Of a stretch of DNA of 64,000 bases, positions 39,043-49,331 are shown one piece after another. The DNA lies in contig OZ244170.1 in NCBI GenBank assembly GCA_965216565.1, forward strand, positions 576,001 through 640,000, given 5' to 3'. This DNA is from Bythopirellula sp. Lineage in GTDB: Bacteria > Planctomycetota > Planctomycetia > Pirellulales > Lacipirellulaceae. Each line of letters begins with the position of its first letter. Position 1 is the stretch's first letter. The notes beneath the pieces are model-generated. The model did not search any database. It had not been told where the DNA came from and saw only the letters and a list, made by a program, of their open reading frames with translations. The translations under genes were made by a program, and so were the position numbers.

Positions 39043-40005
39043 TCATTCTTGCTCAGGATTAGAGCGGATGCTGGTGTGATAGGCGCTTGGAAAGTCATCA
39101 GGAATTGGTTGTGTGACTTTGCCTGTGGCTGCCCATTCTGTCCCGCGTTGAAGAGTGGCGATAAATCCCACGTTTTGAACTGCTGGAGCATTGGCGTCTT
39201 GTTCTGCACCGACATGCCCTAACGTTGTATGGAATACGCGGCCTTTACCATAAGAGACTGTAAAAAGCATCGGCTCATTGTGCGGTGATGCTCCTCGCAA
39301 TCTTTGATCTGCGAAGCCCGTCGCCAAAATGGTTACATTCCTCGCCGGCCCACGAAGATTCGAGTACACCTCATCTTTCCCATGCAACCACATCTCAGGC
39401 AATCCTTGAGTAATAGGATGATTAGGATCTCTAACAGTGATCAGGAAATCATGTCTCGGAGGATGTCCCGCTCCTCCCTTGGAATTGTCGCGAACGAGTT
39501 TTCCCTTCTGCCAATAGATGCGCGGTCCCCAAGTCTCATTGCGGCTTGAGGATTGGCTCGAAATACCTGGGTAAAGCGGAGGATCATAGAGTGACGGGCC
39601 TCCCCAGCCTCCGACGCCCGTCATCTCGAGAAATTCCGGCCAATAGGCGAAGGAATTGTTGGTCGCGTGAACGCAAACCAATCCTCCTCCGTCGCGCATA
39701 TAATCGACGAAAGTTGCTTTGGTTGCCTCAGCCCATTCCTCACCATCGTAGTCTAAGACGACGACATCATAGGCGCTCCAAGTAGGAGCAAAACCTCCGA
39801 GGTCTTCCCCAGGTGCGGGAGCAATCACTTTTTCGACCTTAAAGATACCAGCGTCTTGTAGATGCTGCTCAATTGCAGCACTCGTTCCCCTCCAATTATG
39901 GTACTTATTGGATCGACCAGTGAGCAGCAACACTTCGATGTCTTCGCTCGCCACACTCACCGACGCAAGTGTGGTGAGAAAGAAGACTAAGATAAAAATT
40001 CTCAT
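39043..40005 (-). CDS. Exported ThuA-like domain protein
   Basis: Signal peptide; HNW, GGGLVCVHA, HPITQGLP, DEVY, YGKGRVFHTTLGH, RGTEWAATG. Confidence 0.85.
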   Translation of the reverse strand: MRIFILVFFLTTLASVSVASEDIEVLLLTGRSNKYHNWRGTSAAIEQHLQDAGIFKVEKVIAPAPGEDLGGFAPTWSAYDVVVLDYDGEEWAEATKATFVDYMRDGGGLVCVHATNNSFAYWPEFLEMTGVGGWGGPSLYDPPLYPGISSQSSSRNETWGPRIYWQKGKLVRDNSKGGAGHPPRHDFLITVRDPNHPITQGLPEMWLHGKDEVYSNLRGPARNVTILATGFADQRLRGASPHNEPMLFTVSYGKGRVFHTTLGHVGAEQDANAPAVQNVGFIATLQRGTEWAATGKVTQPIPDDFPSAYHTSIRSNPEQE

Positions 40006-40289
40006 TGTTGTGATGAATCAACTTTCTGTAGGCAGAATCAAATTGAGAACTGAATAGCACGGCCAGGACATTCCAGATATCGAATTGTAGAGAATCCAAT
40101 CGGTTAACAGCAACTAGTATTCTATATAGCTAGCCACAAGCTAAGGACGAATTGCACCAAAAATTTAGTGAGGGAACCTTAACGCGAATTCGAGACGCCG
40201 AGACCAGATTCCCTGCGATGGGTCTTAATGGACTTTTAGGTCTAACCCTAAATCACTAGGAAGAGGCACTGCCGAAAGCTAGTAGTATG

Positions 40290-40315
40290 TGACGCCATAG
40301 AATGACGCCATAGAA
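40290..40315. repeat. 13-bp tandem direct repeat
   Basis: TGACGCCATAGAA x2, followed by a degenerate third copy. Confidence 0.6.
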
Positions 40316-40453
40316 ACTGATGGCAATAGTCAGCAATCGCAGAAACACCAAGCTGCCGAAGCATGTATCACTAAGGGTAGATCGGGGGGCAAAGCTCCTT
40401 GAAGCCCAATCTAAGTTCCTCGGGTTGTTGTTTTCGGAAGCGTAGTCGCTTAT

Positions 40454-43327
40454 TCAGATGCCTTGAGGCTTAACGTCTAGCACTGGGTCAACGACCAAAA
40501 TCTCGTTCACTTTGTCTGTGAAAAGACTCTCATAGGGGATCAAGGCAGAAGGTGTGCGGCTATTTTCGTCAAGTTCGCTCAACACGCAGGCTTCGCCGTT
40601 GAGTCGGATCTCTCGCTCCGCTACGTCTTCAAAAGACTGAGCAATACGAACCTGTTTGCCGTGAGCGATTCCCGAAAATTCGAGTGATTGGAAAGGATGC
40701 CACTGGGCAGGAGAGATGCATAAGGAATCTAGACCGGGCTGGAACCCAAAAACATATCGAACTAACAATTTGAGAAGCACATTAGAACAGCCCGTCTGCC
40801 AGTCATTCATGCTTTGACCTTTGAGGTCGAGTTGAGGGTTGTCCACGTAGGAGTTCGGCATCACGAACGTAGAATGGCTTGGCGACTTGTGGTGCGAAGA
40901 AAACGGGAGGATCTTTTCAATCTGTTTCCAAGCCTGATGTGCTTCACCAAGTTTGAATAGTGCAGCAATAGCAAATGTAGTTGCGTGCACATACACAGCC
41001 CCATTCTCGGCCGTACCGCGGGGAAGCTTGGATATGCGGCCAACACCTGGCGCGTCCGAGGCAAAGCCTGGGGCAAAAGTCCTTAGTCCAAACTTGGAAT
41101 CCAGTGATTCGAAAGCCCGTAGAATATCCGCCCTTAACGTGGGGTCTTGATCAAGCATTCCTGATAAAATCCAAAAAGCATTGGAGGTGAGTCCATCACG
41201 CGAAAGTCCATCACTGTCGCAGAAACTACCTACTAGATAGGAACGCTTGTCCCCCCAGCCATGCAAGACTTTTCTTTGCTTGTCCTTCTCGACAATCGCA
41301 TAGTCCAGCAATCCTTGGAGTAATTGTTTTTGGAGCTTTTTATACCGTAGTAAATCGTCGGCGTATGATTCGGAATATGTATGCTGAAGTATATCTATGA
41401 TCTCCGAGCAGCAGTTGTAAAGCTGCAAGCTAGTCATAACGCTGACGCCAGTACCAAATGCCTTGGCGGGATCGCTTGAGATCCCCAAGCCATCGAGTGC
41501 ATCGTTCCAATCGCCATACAAAGCAAATACCAGTCCGGTTTCAGGATCGCAGTTGGCAGCCAGATAGTCCATGATTCGAATCAGATGGTCCAGCACGGAA
41601 TCGATCTCCGCGGACTGAACGATCGTAGCCCCGTCCGTAGGGGATGGGTGGTGGTATCCAACGCGTTGTTTTAGTAATGCCAAGTCTCCAGTCACAGACA
41701 GGTAACTATGCACCGTCGAGATCGCCCAAACTCCTTGGTCAATAAATTCCCGTAAATCAGCCTGGCCGGGATTTCCATTGACCGGTAGTGAATATTGACG
41801 GGGACATCGGCCATCGACCAGAACATGAGCTAAGACTTCGAGTAGCTTCTCTCTGGACTCGTCTGGCTGATCAAGGAGATGTCCTTCGATGGCCTGTAGA
41901 ACATCTCGGAAGCCGATTAACGAATTGGCCGAGGGGTGCATGTAGCCCTTTAGCAGTGCGCACACGGCAACCTGCTTCTTGAGGAAGGGCAGGAATTTGT
42001 TGAAAGTCTTGGCATTTATGTCCAATTGGCTCTTACCTTGAACTTTGAGTTCAAGTTGCCCAGATTGGTGAGCAGTCGATTTGGCAGACGCAAACGCTAA
42101 ATCGACATCGCAGGAAGAGAGCGGTCGATCTAGTTCAATTTCCAACACTTCCAAGCTATCTGGAGTAGAGAAAATATGGTCTCCCCGGAAATAGCAGTTA
42201 GCTGGCAAAGTCATTCGAGCAATGTTTGCCACGACGGCGTTCTCTTTGAAGACCGTCATCGGAACTTCCTGAGCAACTCTACCTGTTTCTAGAAACTCCG
42301 CTGTATTAAGACTGCGTCTAGTCGATCCAATGAGTGCCAAGCGAGAAGTGCATACTTGCGAGTGAATTTCTGTGGCTGCATTTGAAGGGTTTTGTGGACT
42401 GCCATTCTGAGCCTTAATCGATAAAGGTAGGAAAGCTCCAGTAGTTGCATCCCGTATACTCACTGCGCGCCTCAGGAGTGCATAGTTGCTAATCGACTGG
42501 AAACGATCGACGTCTTCGGTAGTCGTAATGACAAATGGTGGCAACACAGCGCCGGCGTCAGGATCACTGACTGCTGTCGCACCGGTTCGGAGTGAAGAGG
42601 TGTCGACATGGATTTTCTTGAACCAGCAGTCTTCATTAGTTTCTACGAATCGATGACGACAGAATGGGTTCATGTATGCTGCTGCAAAGGTTTCTAGAGG
42701 CCCATTGGTCTTGTTTTCAATAAGAACGGAGAATTTGATATGGACATGGTTTGGACGGGATTGATCAACAAAGACACGCACCGCACTCAGTATCTCCGGA
42801 GTCTCAGAAATGAAATAAGTAGCGTCGTGACCGATCACCGTGTAGCGGTCGACTACCTTAGATTCACCACTTTCCACGAAGGGCGTCGGCAATAAAGCAT
42901 GGGATGTGAAGGATGCCTGCCCAACAGGACGTACTCCAGCAAAAAAAGAGATAGGGGGATCTTGACCTTCTTGGGTAGGAAGAAACAAGAAGTAGAGGCC
43001 CTGGTTGCCGTGCATGGCTCCTGAGGCATTTATCCAGAAATTGAAACCTTCCGATCCGTAGGGATAACGGCTATCACCTTGTGTTCGTTCCCTGCACAGA
43101 ACTCGACCGTCCTCTAGAAAGGCCACATTACCCGGCAAACGAGGCGATTGGCCTTCCCTAATGGCAGATTCGCACAAATCTACTTGTTCACGAAGTAGAC
43201 GTACTTGTCCCCGAAACTGCAGTTCTTCAGGAATTGACGTCGAATCGCCTGGCTGGTCGGGCGTGCTTGGTCGTCGGAGGGCATCGAGGTGAGGCATGCT
43301 GTCGATCTTGGTACCAGTTGGATTCAA
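40454..43327 (-). CDS. GH94-like glycoside phosphorylase
   Basis: GFRDVLQ, YGDWNDALD (catalytic Asp), ENGAVYVHA, WQTG; no signal peptide. Confidence 0.8.
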   Translation of the reverse strand: MNPTGTKIDSMPHLDALRRPSTPDQPGDSTSIPEELQFRGQVRLLREQVDLCESAIREGQSPRLPGNVAFLEDGRVLCRERTQGDSRYPYGSEGFNFWINASGAMHGNQGLYFLFLPTQEGQDPPISFFAGVRPVGQASFTSHALLPTPFVESGESKVVDRYTVIGHDATYFISETPEILSAVRVFVDQSRPNHVHIKFSVLIENKTNGPLETFAAAYMNPFCRHRFVETNEDCWFKKIHVDTSSLRTGATAVSDPDAGAVLPPFVITTTEDVDRFQSISNYALLRRAVSIRDATTGAFLPLSIKAQNGSPQNPSNAATEIHSQVCTSRLALIGSTRRSLNTAEFLETGRVAQEVPMTVFKENAVVANIARMTLPANCYFRGDHIFSTPDSLEVLEIELDRPLSSCDVDLAFASAKSTAHQSGQLELKVQGKSQLDINAKTFNKFLPFLKKQVAVCALLKGYMHPSANSLIGFRDVLQAIEGHLLDQPDESREKLLEVLAHVLVDGRCPRQYSLPVNGNPGQADLREFIDQGVWAISTVHSYLSVTGDLALLKQRVGYHHPSPTDGATIVQSAEIDSVLDHLIRIMDYLAANCDPETGLVFALYGDWNDALDGLGISSDPAKAFGTGVSVMTSLQLYNCCSEIIDILQHTYSESYADDLLRYKKLQKQLLQGLLDYAIVEKDKQRKVLHGWGDKRSYLVGSFCDSDGLSRDGLTSNAFWILSGMLDQDPTLRADILRAFESLDSKFGLRTFAPGFASDAPGVGRISKLPRGTAENGAVYVHATTFAIAALFKLGEAHQAWKQIEKILPFSSHHKSPSHSTFVMPNSYVDNPQLDLKGQSMNDWQTGCSNVLLKLLVRYVFGFQPGLDSLCISPAQWHPFQSLEFSGIAHGKQVRIAQSFEDVAEREIRLNGEACVLSELDENSRTPSALIPYESLFTDKVNEILVVDPVLDVKPQGI

Positions 43328-43421
43328 TGTATACTGCTATGCAGTTGGCCAGGATCGATGTAAATCCTTACTGCATAATGCATGAGGGCCACATCTGGCC
43401 TGGACTTGCAGTGTTGCAATC

Positions 43422-43452
43422 TTGCGTTACTTCGCATACTTAATTAAGATAC
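43422..43452 (+). promoter_or_regulatory. Promoter/operator copy A (ROK gene)
   Basis: TTGCGT-N17-TAAGAT with core ATACTTAATTAAGATAC (43436-43452). Confidence 0.7.
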
Positions 43453-43457
43453 ATTCT

Positions 43458-44591
43458 ATGTCAAATTCCCTAACAGGCAAGCCGCAGCTTAGTCGTTTTG
43501 TCAATCGACGCCTGATTTTGGACAAAATTCGCCGTGATGGGCAAATATCGCGTGCCGAATTGGCAAAGCAAACCTCAATTCGCCCCCCCACGGTCTCCGC
43601 GATTGTTAAGCAGCTAATCGTCGAAGGGCTGGTCGAGGAAATTGGAGCAGGTGAAACTAGTGGCGGCCGTGCCCCGCGCATGATTGCTCTCTCGAGGAAT
43701 CAGCCGCAAGCGCTCGGTTTCGAGATGAGCGAAACTTCGATTCTGGCGGGACTCTACGACCTGGGAGGACGCCTCTGTGCGCACCATCAAGAGCCATTCT
43801 CTCCAGAACCTCCTGAGCAATCCGTAGACCGTCTTTACGAGATCGGAACTCGTTTGCTGAAGGATGTAGATCTCGAATGGCAGAACCTTCAGGGGGTAGG
43901 AGTTGCGATTCCCGGTCATCTAAATATTGCCGAGGGTATAGTTCGCTGGAGTAGTCCCTTTAACTGGCGGGACACACCGTTCAAAGAGCTTTGCGAGCAG
44001 CGGTGGAATGTAACAACCGATGTCGTGAATGATTCACTGGCTGGAGGCATGGCTGCGCATCTCTTTGATACGGCACAAACGGTTAACAACTTGGTGTTTT
44101 TGTATTTGCGATTCCAGGATGAATCACACGGAGTCATCGGACTAGGTACGGGCATTATCACCAACGGCGAGCCCTATCACGGAGAGTTTGGTGCTGCGGG
44201 AGAAATCACGACACCCGTAAAGCACCCACTTCTTCACGCGCGGATACAAGATTCCAGCAGATACGAAACGGTCGAATCTTTCACGCAAGCTGTACAGAGA
44301 GGCGATCAACCGGCGGTTCACGCGATGAAGTGTGTTGCAGATGAGCTTGCCCCGTTAGTCGTGCATATTGTCAATCTGCTTGAACCTGGCGTACTGATGA
44401 TAGGTTCTGATGCCCCTGTGTTACGAGACACGCTTCTCAATCATTGGCAAGATACGGTTGAAGAAAGAAGCCTGCCTTATGAAGCCGGGAAAACTCAACT
44501 GATTCCTTCAACCCTAGGGGAATTCGGAGTTGTCCAAGGAGCAATCGTGCCAACCCTGCAGCGAGTATTTCGTATTCCCCAATGGTCTTAG
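43458..44591 (+). CDS. ROK-family transcriptional repressor
   Basis: HTH ISRAELAKQTSIRPPTVSAIVKQL, SGGR, GVGVAIPG, GLGTGII.NG..Y.G..GAAGEI. Confidence 0.92.
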   Translation: MSNSLTGKPQLSRFVNRRLILDKIRRDGQISRAELAKQTSIRPPTVSAIVKQLIVEGLVEEIGAGETSGGRAPRMIALSRNQPQALGFEMSETSILAGLYDLGGRLCAHHQEPFSPEPPEQSVDRLYEIGTRLLKDVDLEWQNLQGVGVAIPGHLNIAEGIVRWSSPFNWRDTPFKELCEQRWNVTTDVVNDSLAGGMAAHLFDTAQTVNNLVFLYLRFQDESHGVIGLGTGIITNGEPYHGEFGAAGEITTPVKHPLLHARIQDSSRYETVESFTQAVQRGDQPAVHAMKCVADELAPLVVHIVNLLEPGVLMIGSDAPVLRDTLLNHWQDTVEERSLPYEAGKTQLIPSTLGEFGVVQGAIVPTLQRVFRIPQWS

Positions 44592-44664
44592 AATTGTGGG
44601 GCCTTGAGGTTGTGGGTCCAGTGCCTCCAGCGAACCATCTTTGCTCTCGCGGAGATTCTACCAA

Positions 44665-46161
44665 ATGTCGTTTCATCCATTACCAGTCGCAGGAGTGCTT
44701 TGTTGCATTTTCAGCAGTGTGGCTGCTTCTTCAGACGGCAGATATGAAATGCCGATCGCAAACTTCGGCTTTGACCTAAGAACTAGCCAGGGAGGCTTCT
44801 ATCGAGCGATTGGGGGACGGCCCACAGAAGTTTCGGATAGATTTGTTGCAATAGGTAAGTCACAACGTCCAGCTTGGCGAGTTGATCTAGCCAACGAGGC
44901 CCCTAGGCAACAGGCTGGGGCGATCGTTCCTCTTTTTGACAATGCTTTGAAGAAGCCGTCTCTTGTCAATCTTCAAACAGGCGATCAACTGGTTGGCCAA
45001 TTTGCCGGGGATTTGGGCAAGCGAAAGCTTCAAGTCGAGTTCTTGTTTTCGACTGACCCCGAAACCCGGGGAATACCCATCGGCACGATTCCCGCTAGAC
45101 AGCTTCACGCTACCAAGTGGAAGACTATCAAGCTTCCCATCTCTGTTGAAGCAAGAAAGCAACGGGCAACGTTTCTGCGTTTCACAGCCGAAGGTCCAGG
45201 GGAGTGTTGGTTTGCGATCAACACGCTGAAACTAGTATCTCGCGGTTCAGCAACCGAGGGCCTCAAGGCAGCGAGGAGCAAGCCACAAGAAAAGACACTT
45301 CGTAAAGCACTGTGGCACTGGCATACTATGGAAACTCTACCAGATAAAGAGCAGTCAATTGCTTTGCTAGAACTGTGCCAGGCTCAGCGAATTACCGATC
45401 TCTACTGTCAGGTGCCATACTCTTACGAAGATGAAAAAGTTGAGCTTCATCTGGTCGAACAGCAGCGCGAGTTCAATTCGGCAGCGTTAGAGCGTGGCAT
45501 TGCGGTACACGTTCTTGATGGCGACCCCAGCTTCATCTTTCAACGCAATCATTCTCGAGTAATTCGATTGGTCGAAGCCATCGAGGATTTCAACAGACAC
45601 TCAGTGCCCCGTGAACGCTACCGAGGTATTCATTTAGACAACGAGCCCCATGTGCTGAAAGAATGGCAGGACGACCAACAGCGTAGTGATCTCATTTACC
45701 AGTATATTCAATTGAACCGACAGCTTAGCCATATGACTAAGAGTTTGGATATGGACTACGGGGTCGACATTCCGTTCTGGTGGGATGCCCATGATTCGGA
45801 AGGACGAGCTCGGTTTACTTATGATTCAGACTCCAGGAAGCAGCCTATTCTGGAAGTGCTGTTTCCTTTGTTAGATAACGTGGGTGTCATGTCTTATCGA
45901 GATCGAGTAACGGGCCCCAATGGTGTAGTCGCCCATTGTCTCGGAGAATTTGAATTAGGAGAGCGGCTTGGCACTGCGGTCTTTGCATCTGTCGAGTTGG
46001 GAGTGGGGCCTGATGTTGAGCCCGGCACGACGTTTGGCGTTCACCCTTGGCGGTACTTCCGAGGACAGCTGGATTCTCTAGAGCGGATATTGGCTCATTC
46101 ACCCGGCTGTGCCGGTTTGGCAATTCACCACGCCCAGCCATTCGCTGAGGCAATGAAGTAG
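44665..46161 (+). CDS. Exported hypothetical protein: beta-rich N-domain plus putative glycoside-hydrolase-like TIM barrel
   Basis: GGAGA RBS, signal-like N-terminus; GIHLDNEP, GVDIPFWW, VMSYRD, GLAIHH strand-end motifs. Confidence 0.55.
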   Translation: MSFHPLPVAGVLCCIFSSVAASSDGRYEMPIANFGFDLRTSQGGFYRAIGGRPTEVSDRFVAIGKSQRPAWRVDLANEAPRQQAGAIVPLFDNALKKPSLVNLQTGDQLVGQFAGDLGKRKLQVEFLFSTDPETRGIPIGTIPARQLHATKWKTIKLPISVEARKQRATFLRFTAEGPGECWFAINTLKLVSRGSATEGLKAARSKPQEKTLRKALWHWHTMETLPDKEQSIALLELCQAQRITDLYCQVPYSYEDEKVELHLVEQQREFNSAALERGIAVHVLDGDPSFIFQRNHSRVIRLVEAIEDFNRHSVPRERYRGIHLDNEPHVLKEWQDDQQRSDLIYQYIQLNRQLSHMTKSLDMDYGVDIPFWWDAHDSEGRARFTYDSDSRKQPILEVLFPLLDNVGVMSYRDRVTGPNGVVAHCLGEFELGERLGTAVFASVELGVGPDVEPGTTFGVHPWRYFRGQLDSLERILAHSPGCAGLAIHHAQPFAEAMK

Positions 46162-46169
46162 GGCGTCCT

Positions 46170-48653
46170 TCAGCTCTCGGCCTCGGTATCAATGCTTGTC
46201 CAGTCCATCGAGCCAATCAGGCGGAAGAGAATGGCGGTCGCTACGACACCGTATGCGGCAAAGCCTGCCGCCGGAATATATTGGCCAAAGCACAAGTGAC
46301 CAAGGGAAAAGATCATTGAAAATAGACCGGTGACGCCAAGGCACCACGCGCACCACTCTCTCCAGCCCACAACCAGACAATCTGGATGACCAGCCAACGC
46401 AGGGATAGGCCCCCAGGCACCTGCTGGTCGGACACGCTTGTAGAATTTTACCAGATGGTCCGTCTGCTCGGGGCCGGTAAGAAATGTAACGCATAGCCAC
46501 ACGACTGAGGTAACAACCAAGTTTACCGTAAAGCGAACCGCATACTCGTCTAACCAATACTCAGGCATTCCCAAATAGCCAAGCAGAGAATGAAAGATCG
46601 AAGTCGTACGCAGCAATGTGAATACCGTCAGAGACGACAGCATGGCAGAGATCTCTGTCCAGGCATTGATTCGCCACCAGTACCAACGCAGTGGGATGAC
46701 AATTCCCGCTCCAGACATCAATTCAAAATAGATGATCCACTGATCGCCAATCGAGCTGGCATAGAATGCCGAGATACCAGCAATCAGTGCTAAGCCACAC
46801 GAAGCCAGCTGAGAGACTCTCACTAAGGTCTTGTCGCTACTATTCGGATGGATGAATCGCTTGTAGAGATCGTTGACCACATACGAGGCACCGAAGTTTA
46901 CATGCGTGGAAATTGTCGACATGTAAGCCGCCATCAACGCTGCAACCATCAGCCCTTTGAGTCCCACCGGCAAGTACTTCATAAGCATGATCACGTAGGC
47001 ATGTTCTTGGTCAAAGTGAGGCGAGTATGCAGTTACATTGGGAACCAAAAAAAGTGACGCAATTCCTACCACGATCCAGGGCCAGGGCCGGAGAACGAAC
47101 ATGGCGAAGTTGTACCACAGCATGGCCAGCACTGAATGCCATTCGTTCTTGCATGAGAAAATGCGCTGAGCGAGAAACCCGTCGCCCGCACCACCTGCCC
47201 ACCACTGCAAACTGATAAAGACGATAAAGGCCCAGACGGCAAGGAAACCAGCTTCTAAATCGAACGGGGGCAGGAAGCTTGTGATCTTCTTGGCCGAAAG
47301 CACCTGATCGTTCCGCCAAACAGCCATAATCTCTCCAGCATCTTTCACGCCTGCGGTGCGTACACGCTCAAGCAGTTGGCTATCCGTCAATGCTAGTGTG
47401 GCAAAACGATAACGGCTGGTCGAAGTTTCTGCCTCTGATACCTGGTCCTCAAACAGAATTCTTGCCCGGAGTAATTCCTGGCGAATTTGCTCGTCTGTGA
47501 GTCGAGACTTGCTGAAAGTGTAAGCCTGCTTCCAGATTTCAAGAACTGCAGCGTGCTGCGAGGGAGAAAGAGCTAATTGATCAAGTCGGTCAGAAACTTC
47601 GTCACCCGTCAGCCCATCGACGTTCCAAATGAGCGAATTGTCCGTCGGGACAGAATTGGTGGGTATGAATAGGTCACTCGCGACCAATTGTTCCACAACC
47701 TCACTGGCAGAGTGCTCCTCCAAAGGCTGATCTTGCCCCTCATTTTGTCGCTGCCTTATCGCTAATGCTGCGACAAGTCCAGCTTGGGATACGACATCCC
47801 GTTTCACTGCTGTTCGATTCTTGACAACGCCACTTTCGACAGCTTCGGTAGCCTCCTGAACCATGTTGGCAGGTCCGCCAGCTACTCTTAAGACAACCCC
47901 CATGAGAATCACAGTAGCCGCCATGGCAAAAAAGAACTGAAAGAAATCAGTCGCCATAACCCCCCACAGACCAGCGATTGTGGTGTAGGCGGCGGCCACA
48001 CCGAAACAGATCAATATCCCAGTTGCCTTGGCTGAAATAATCGCAGTCCCGAGAACCGGCCAGACAGCAATGGAATCTATAGGGATCACTGAAGTAACGG
48101 TAACGCCTTTTGCAACAATTTCCGGAAGCCATTGGTTCTTTAGGAAAACAAGAGTGGGAATATCGAGTGTCACGTCAAGGATCTTCGTCATCGCTAGCGT
48201 GACCCAGCCCATTGTTAGCGTGTTGCGAATGAGCGAGATGAAGCTGGCTTGAAATATCCTCAGCCCTGCTGCCGGCTTACCAGCATAGCGCAGCTCGTTG
48301 AATTCCTGATCGGTGAGCACACGGGCACGACGCCACAGCCTGGCAAAAAAGAAGGTGCAGAGCATGAAGCCCATGATTCCTCCCCACCAAAACCAGTTTT
48401 GCTGCAGGCCGATAGTTCGGGACCAGCCTGAGATAACAAGCGGAGTATCCGCGGCAAAGCTAGTGGCTACCATCGAAGTGCCGGCGACCCACCAAGTCAT
48501 CTTTCTGCCGGCTACAAAGTAATCAGAGACGCTACTGACGGCACGTCGAGAAAAGAAGAAACCGATCATCAAGGTGATCAGAAAAAAGACGCCAATAACG
48601 ATCCAATCCCACGTAGCAAGAGGATCGAGTATGTGCATTGCCGAGCCATCCAA
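46170..48653 (-). CDS. Sodium:solute symporter (SSS) family transporter with large insertion
   Basis: DYFVAGR, SMVATSFAADTPL, GLWGVMATDFFQF, AQRIFS, AAYMST, RWYWWRINAW. Confidence 0.9.
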   Translation of the reverse strand: MDGSAMHILDPLATWDWIVIGVFFLITLMIGFFFSRRAVSSVSDYFVAGRKMTWWVAGTSMVATSFAADTPLVISGWSRTIGLQQNWFWWGGIMGFMLCTFFFARLWRRARVLTDQEFNELRYAGKPAAGLRIFQASFISLIRNTLTMGWVTLAMTKILDVTLDIPTLVFLKNQWLPEIVAKGVTVTSVIPIDSIAVWPVLGTAIISAKATGILICFGVAAAYTTIAGLWGVMATDFFQFFFAMAATVILMGVVLRVAGGPANMVQEATEAVESGVVKNRTAVKRDVVSQAGLVAALAIRQRQNEGQDQPLEEHSASEVVEQLVASDLFIPTNSVPTDNSLIWNVDGLTGDEVSDRLDQLALSPSQHAAVLEIWKQAYTFSKSRLTDEQIRQELLRARILFEDQVSEAETSTSRYRFATLALTDSQLLERVRTAGVKDAGEIMAVWRNDQVLSAKKITSFLPPFDLEAGFLAVWAFIVFISLQWWAGGAGDGFLAQRIFSCKNEWHSVLAMLWYNFAMFVLRPWPWIVVGIASLFLVPNVTAYSPHFDQEHAYVIMLMKYLPVGLKGLMVAALMAAYMSTISTHVNFGASYVVNDLYKRFIHPNSSDKTLVRVSQLASCGLALIAGISAFYASSIGDQWIIYFELMSGAGIVIPLRWYWWRINAWTEISAMLSSLTVFTLLRTTSIFHSLLGYLGMPEYWLDEYAVRFTVNLVVTSVVWLCVTFLTGPEQTDHLVKFYKRVRPAGAWGPIPALAGHPDCLVVGWREWCAWCLGVTGLFSMIFSLGHLCFGQYIPAAGFAAYGVVATAILFRLIGSMDWTSIDTEAES

Positions 48654-48808
48654 GAAAGGTAGTTCGCTAGAAGGCGTGAGTTAAATTGCTACCTAGACTA
48701 TAGACTTGCAACACAAGATTCGTAAGTGAGTGGTCCAGGGTGGAATTTATCCATTGCGTGATACTATTGTCTCGAACCGAGGGCGACGTGCCGTGCGGCC
48801 TAGTTTTA

Positions 48809-49291
48809 CTAGTTTTTCACAAAAAGCTCGGCTGCCTCTTCAGCGCTCATCTCGTGAATGCCGCCACGAACCCGCACTGCGTAGATTCTCCCATCGACTC
48901 CCTGTTGTTCGAACGCCGCGTACGGAGAGCCTGATGCGTCATCTGCAGAAACAACCTCTCCGCTCACAATGACGAGAGGACGGTTATCTCGATACGAATC
49001 GTAGAGTTGGTCGGGATTTTCCACATTGTACAGTCTTAGCTCATCGGCTCGTGATTCTAGAAAACGATAAAAGTCTTGATTGTCCTTGGGCGGCCTGCCT
49101 TTATGTGTATTTAAGTAAGCACCATAAAACTCGCCGACGATACCTAAGATAGCTCGCGTCATTCGGTCGTTATCATTGGGCTCTGGTTTGCTAGTGCCAC
49201 AGCCTACAGCGAACAAGACGAGTAGCGAGGTGAGCAATCTAGTAGAACGCCAAGTGCCGGTCTCAAGAATTGAGCTTTTGAAATCTGACAT
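48809..49291 (-). CDS. Small lipoprotein downstream of the DUF1559 gene
   Basis: Lipobox LVLFAVGC; ATG at 49291. Confidence 0.7.
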   Translation of the reverse strand: MSDFKSSILETGTWRSTRLLTSLLVLFAVGCGTSKPEPNDNDRMTRAILGIVGEFYGAYLNTHKGRPPKDNQDFYRFLESRADELRLYNVENPDQLYDSYRDNRPLVIVSGEVVSADDASGSPYAAFEQQGVDGRIYAVRVRGGIHEMSAEEAAELFVKN

Positions 49292-49331
49292 TATTAATAT
49301 GGTCACTAGTTTGTGGAGTGTTTTGGATAGA

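Noticed and set aside
40290..40329. Direct repeats as a CRISPR remnant
   Set aside because: 13-bp adjacent copies without spacers; no cas genes or CRISPR array seen in the window.
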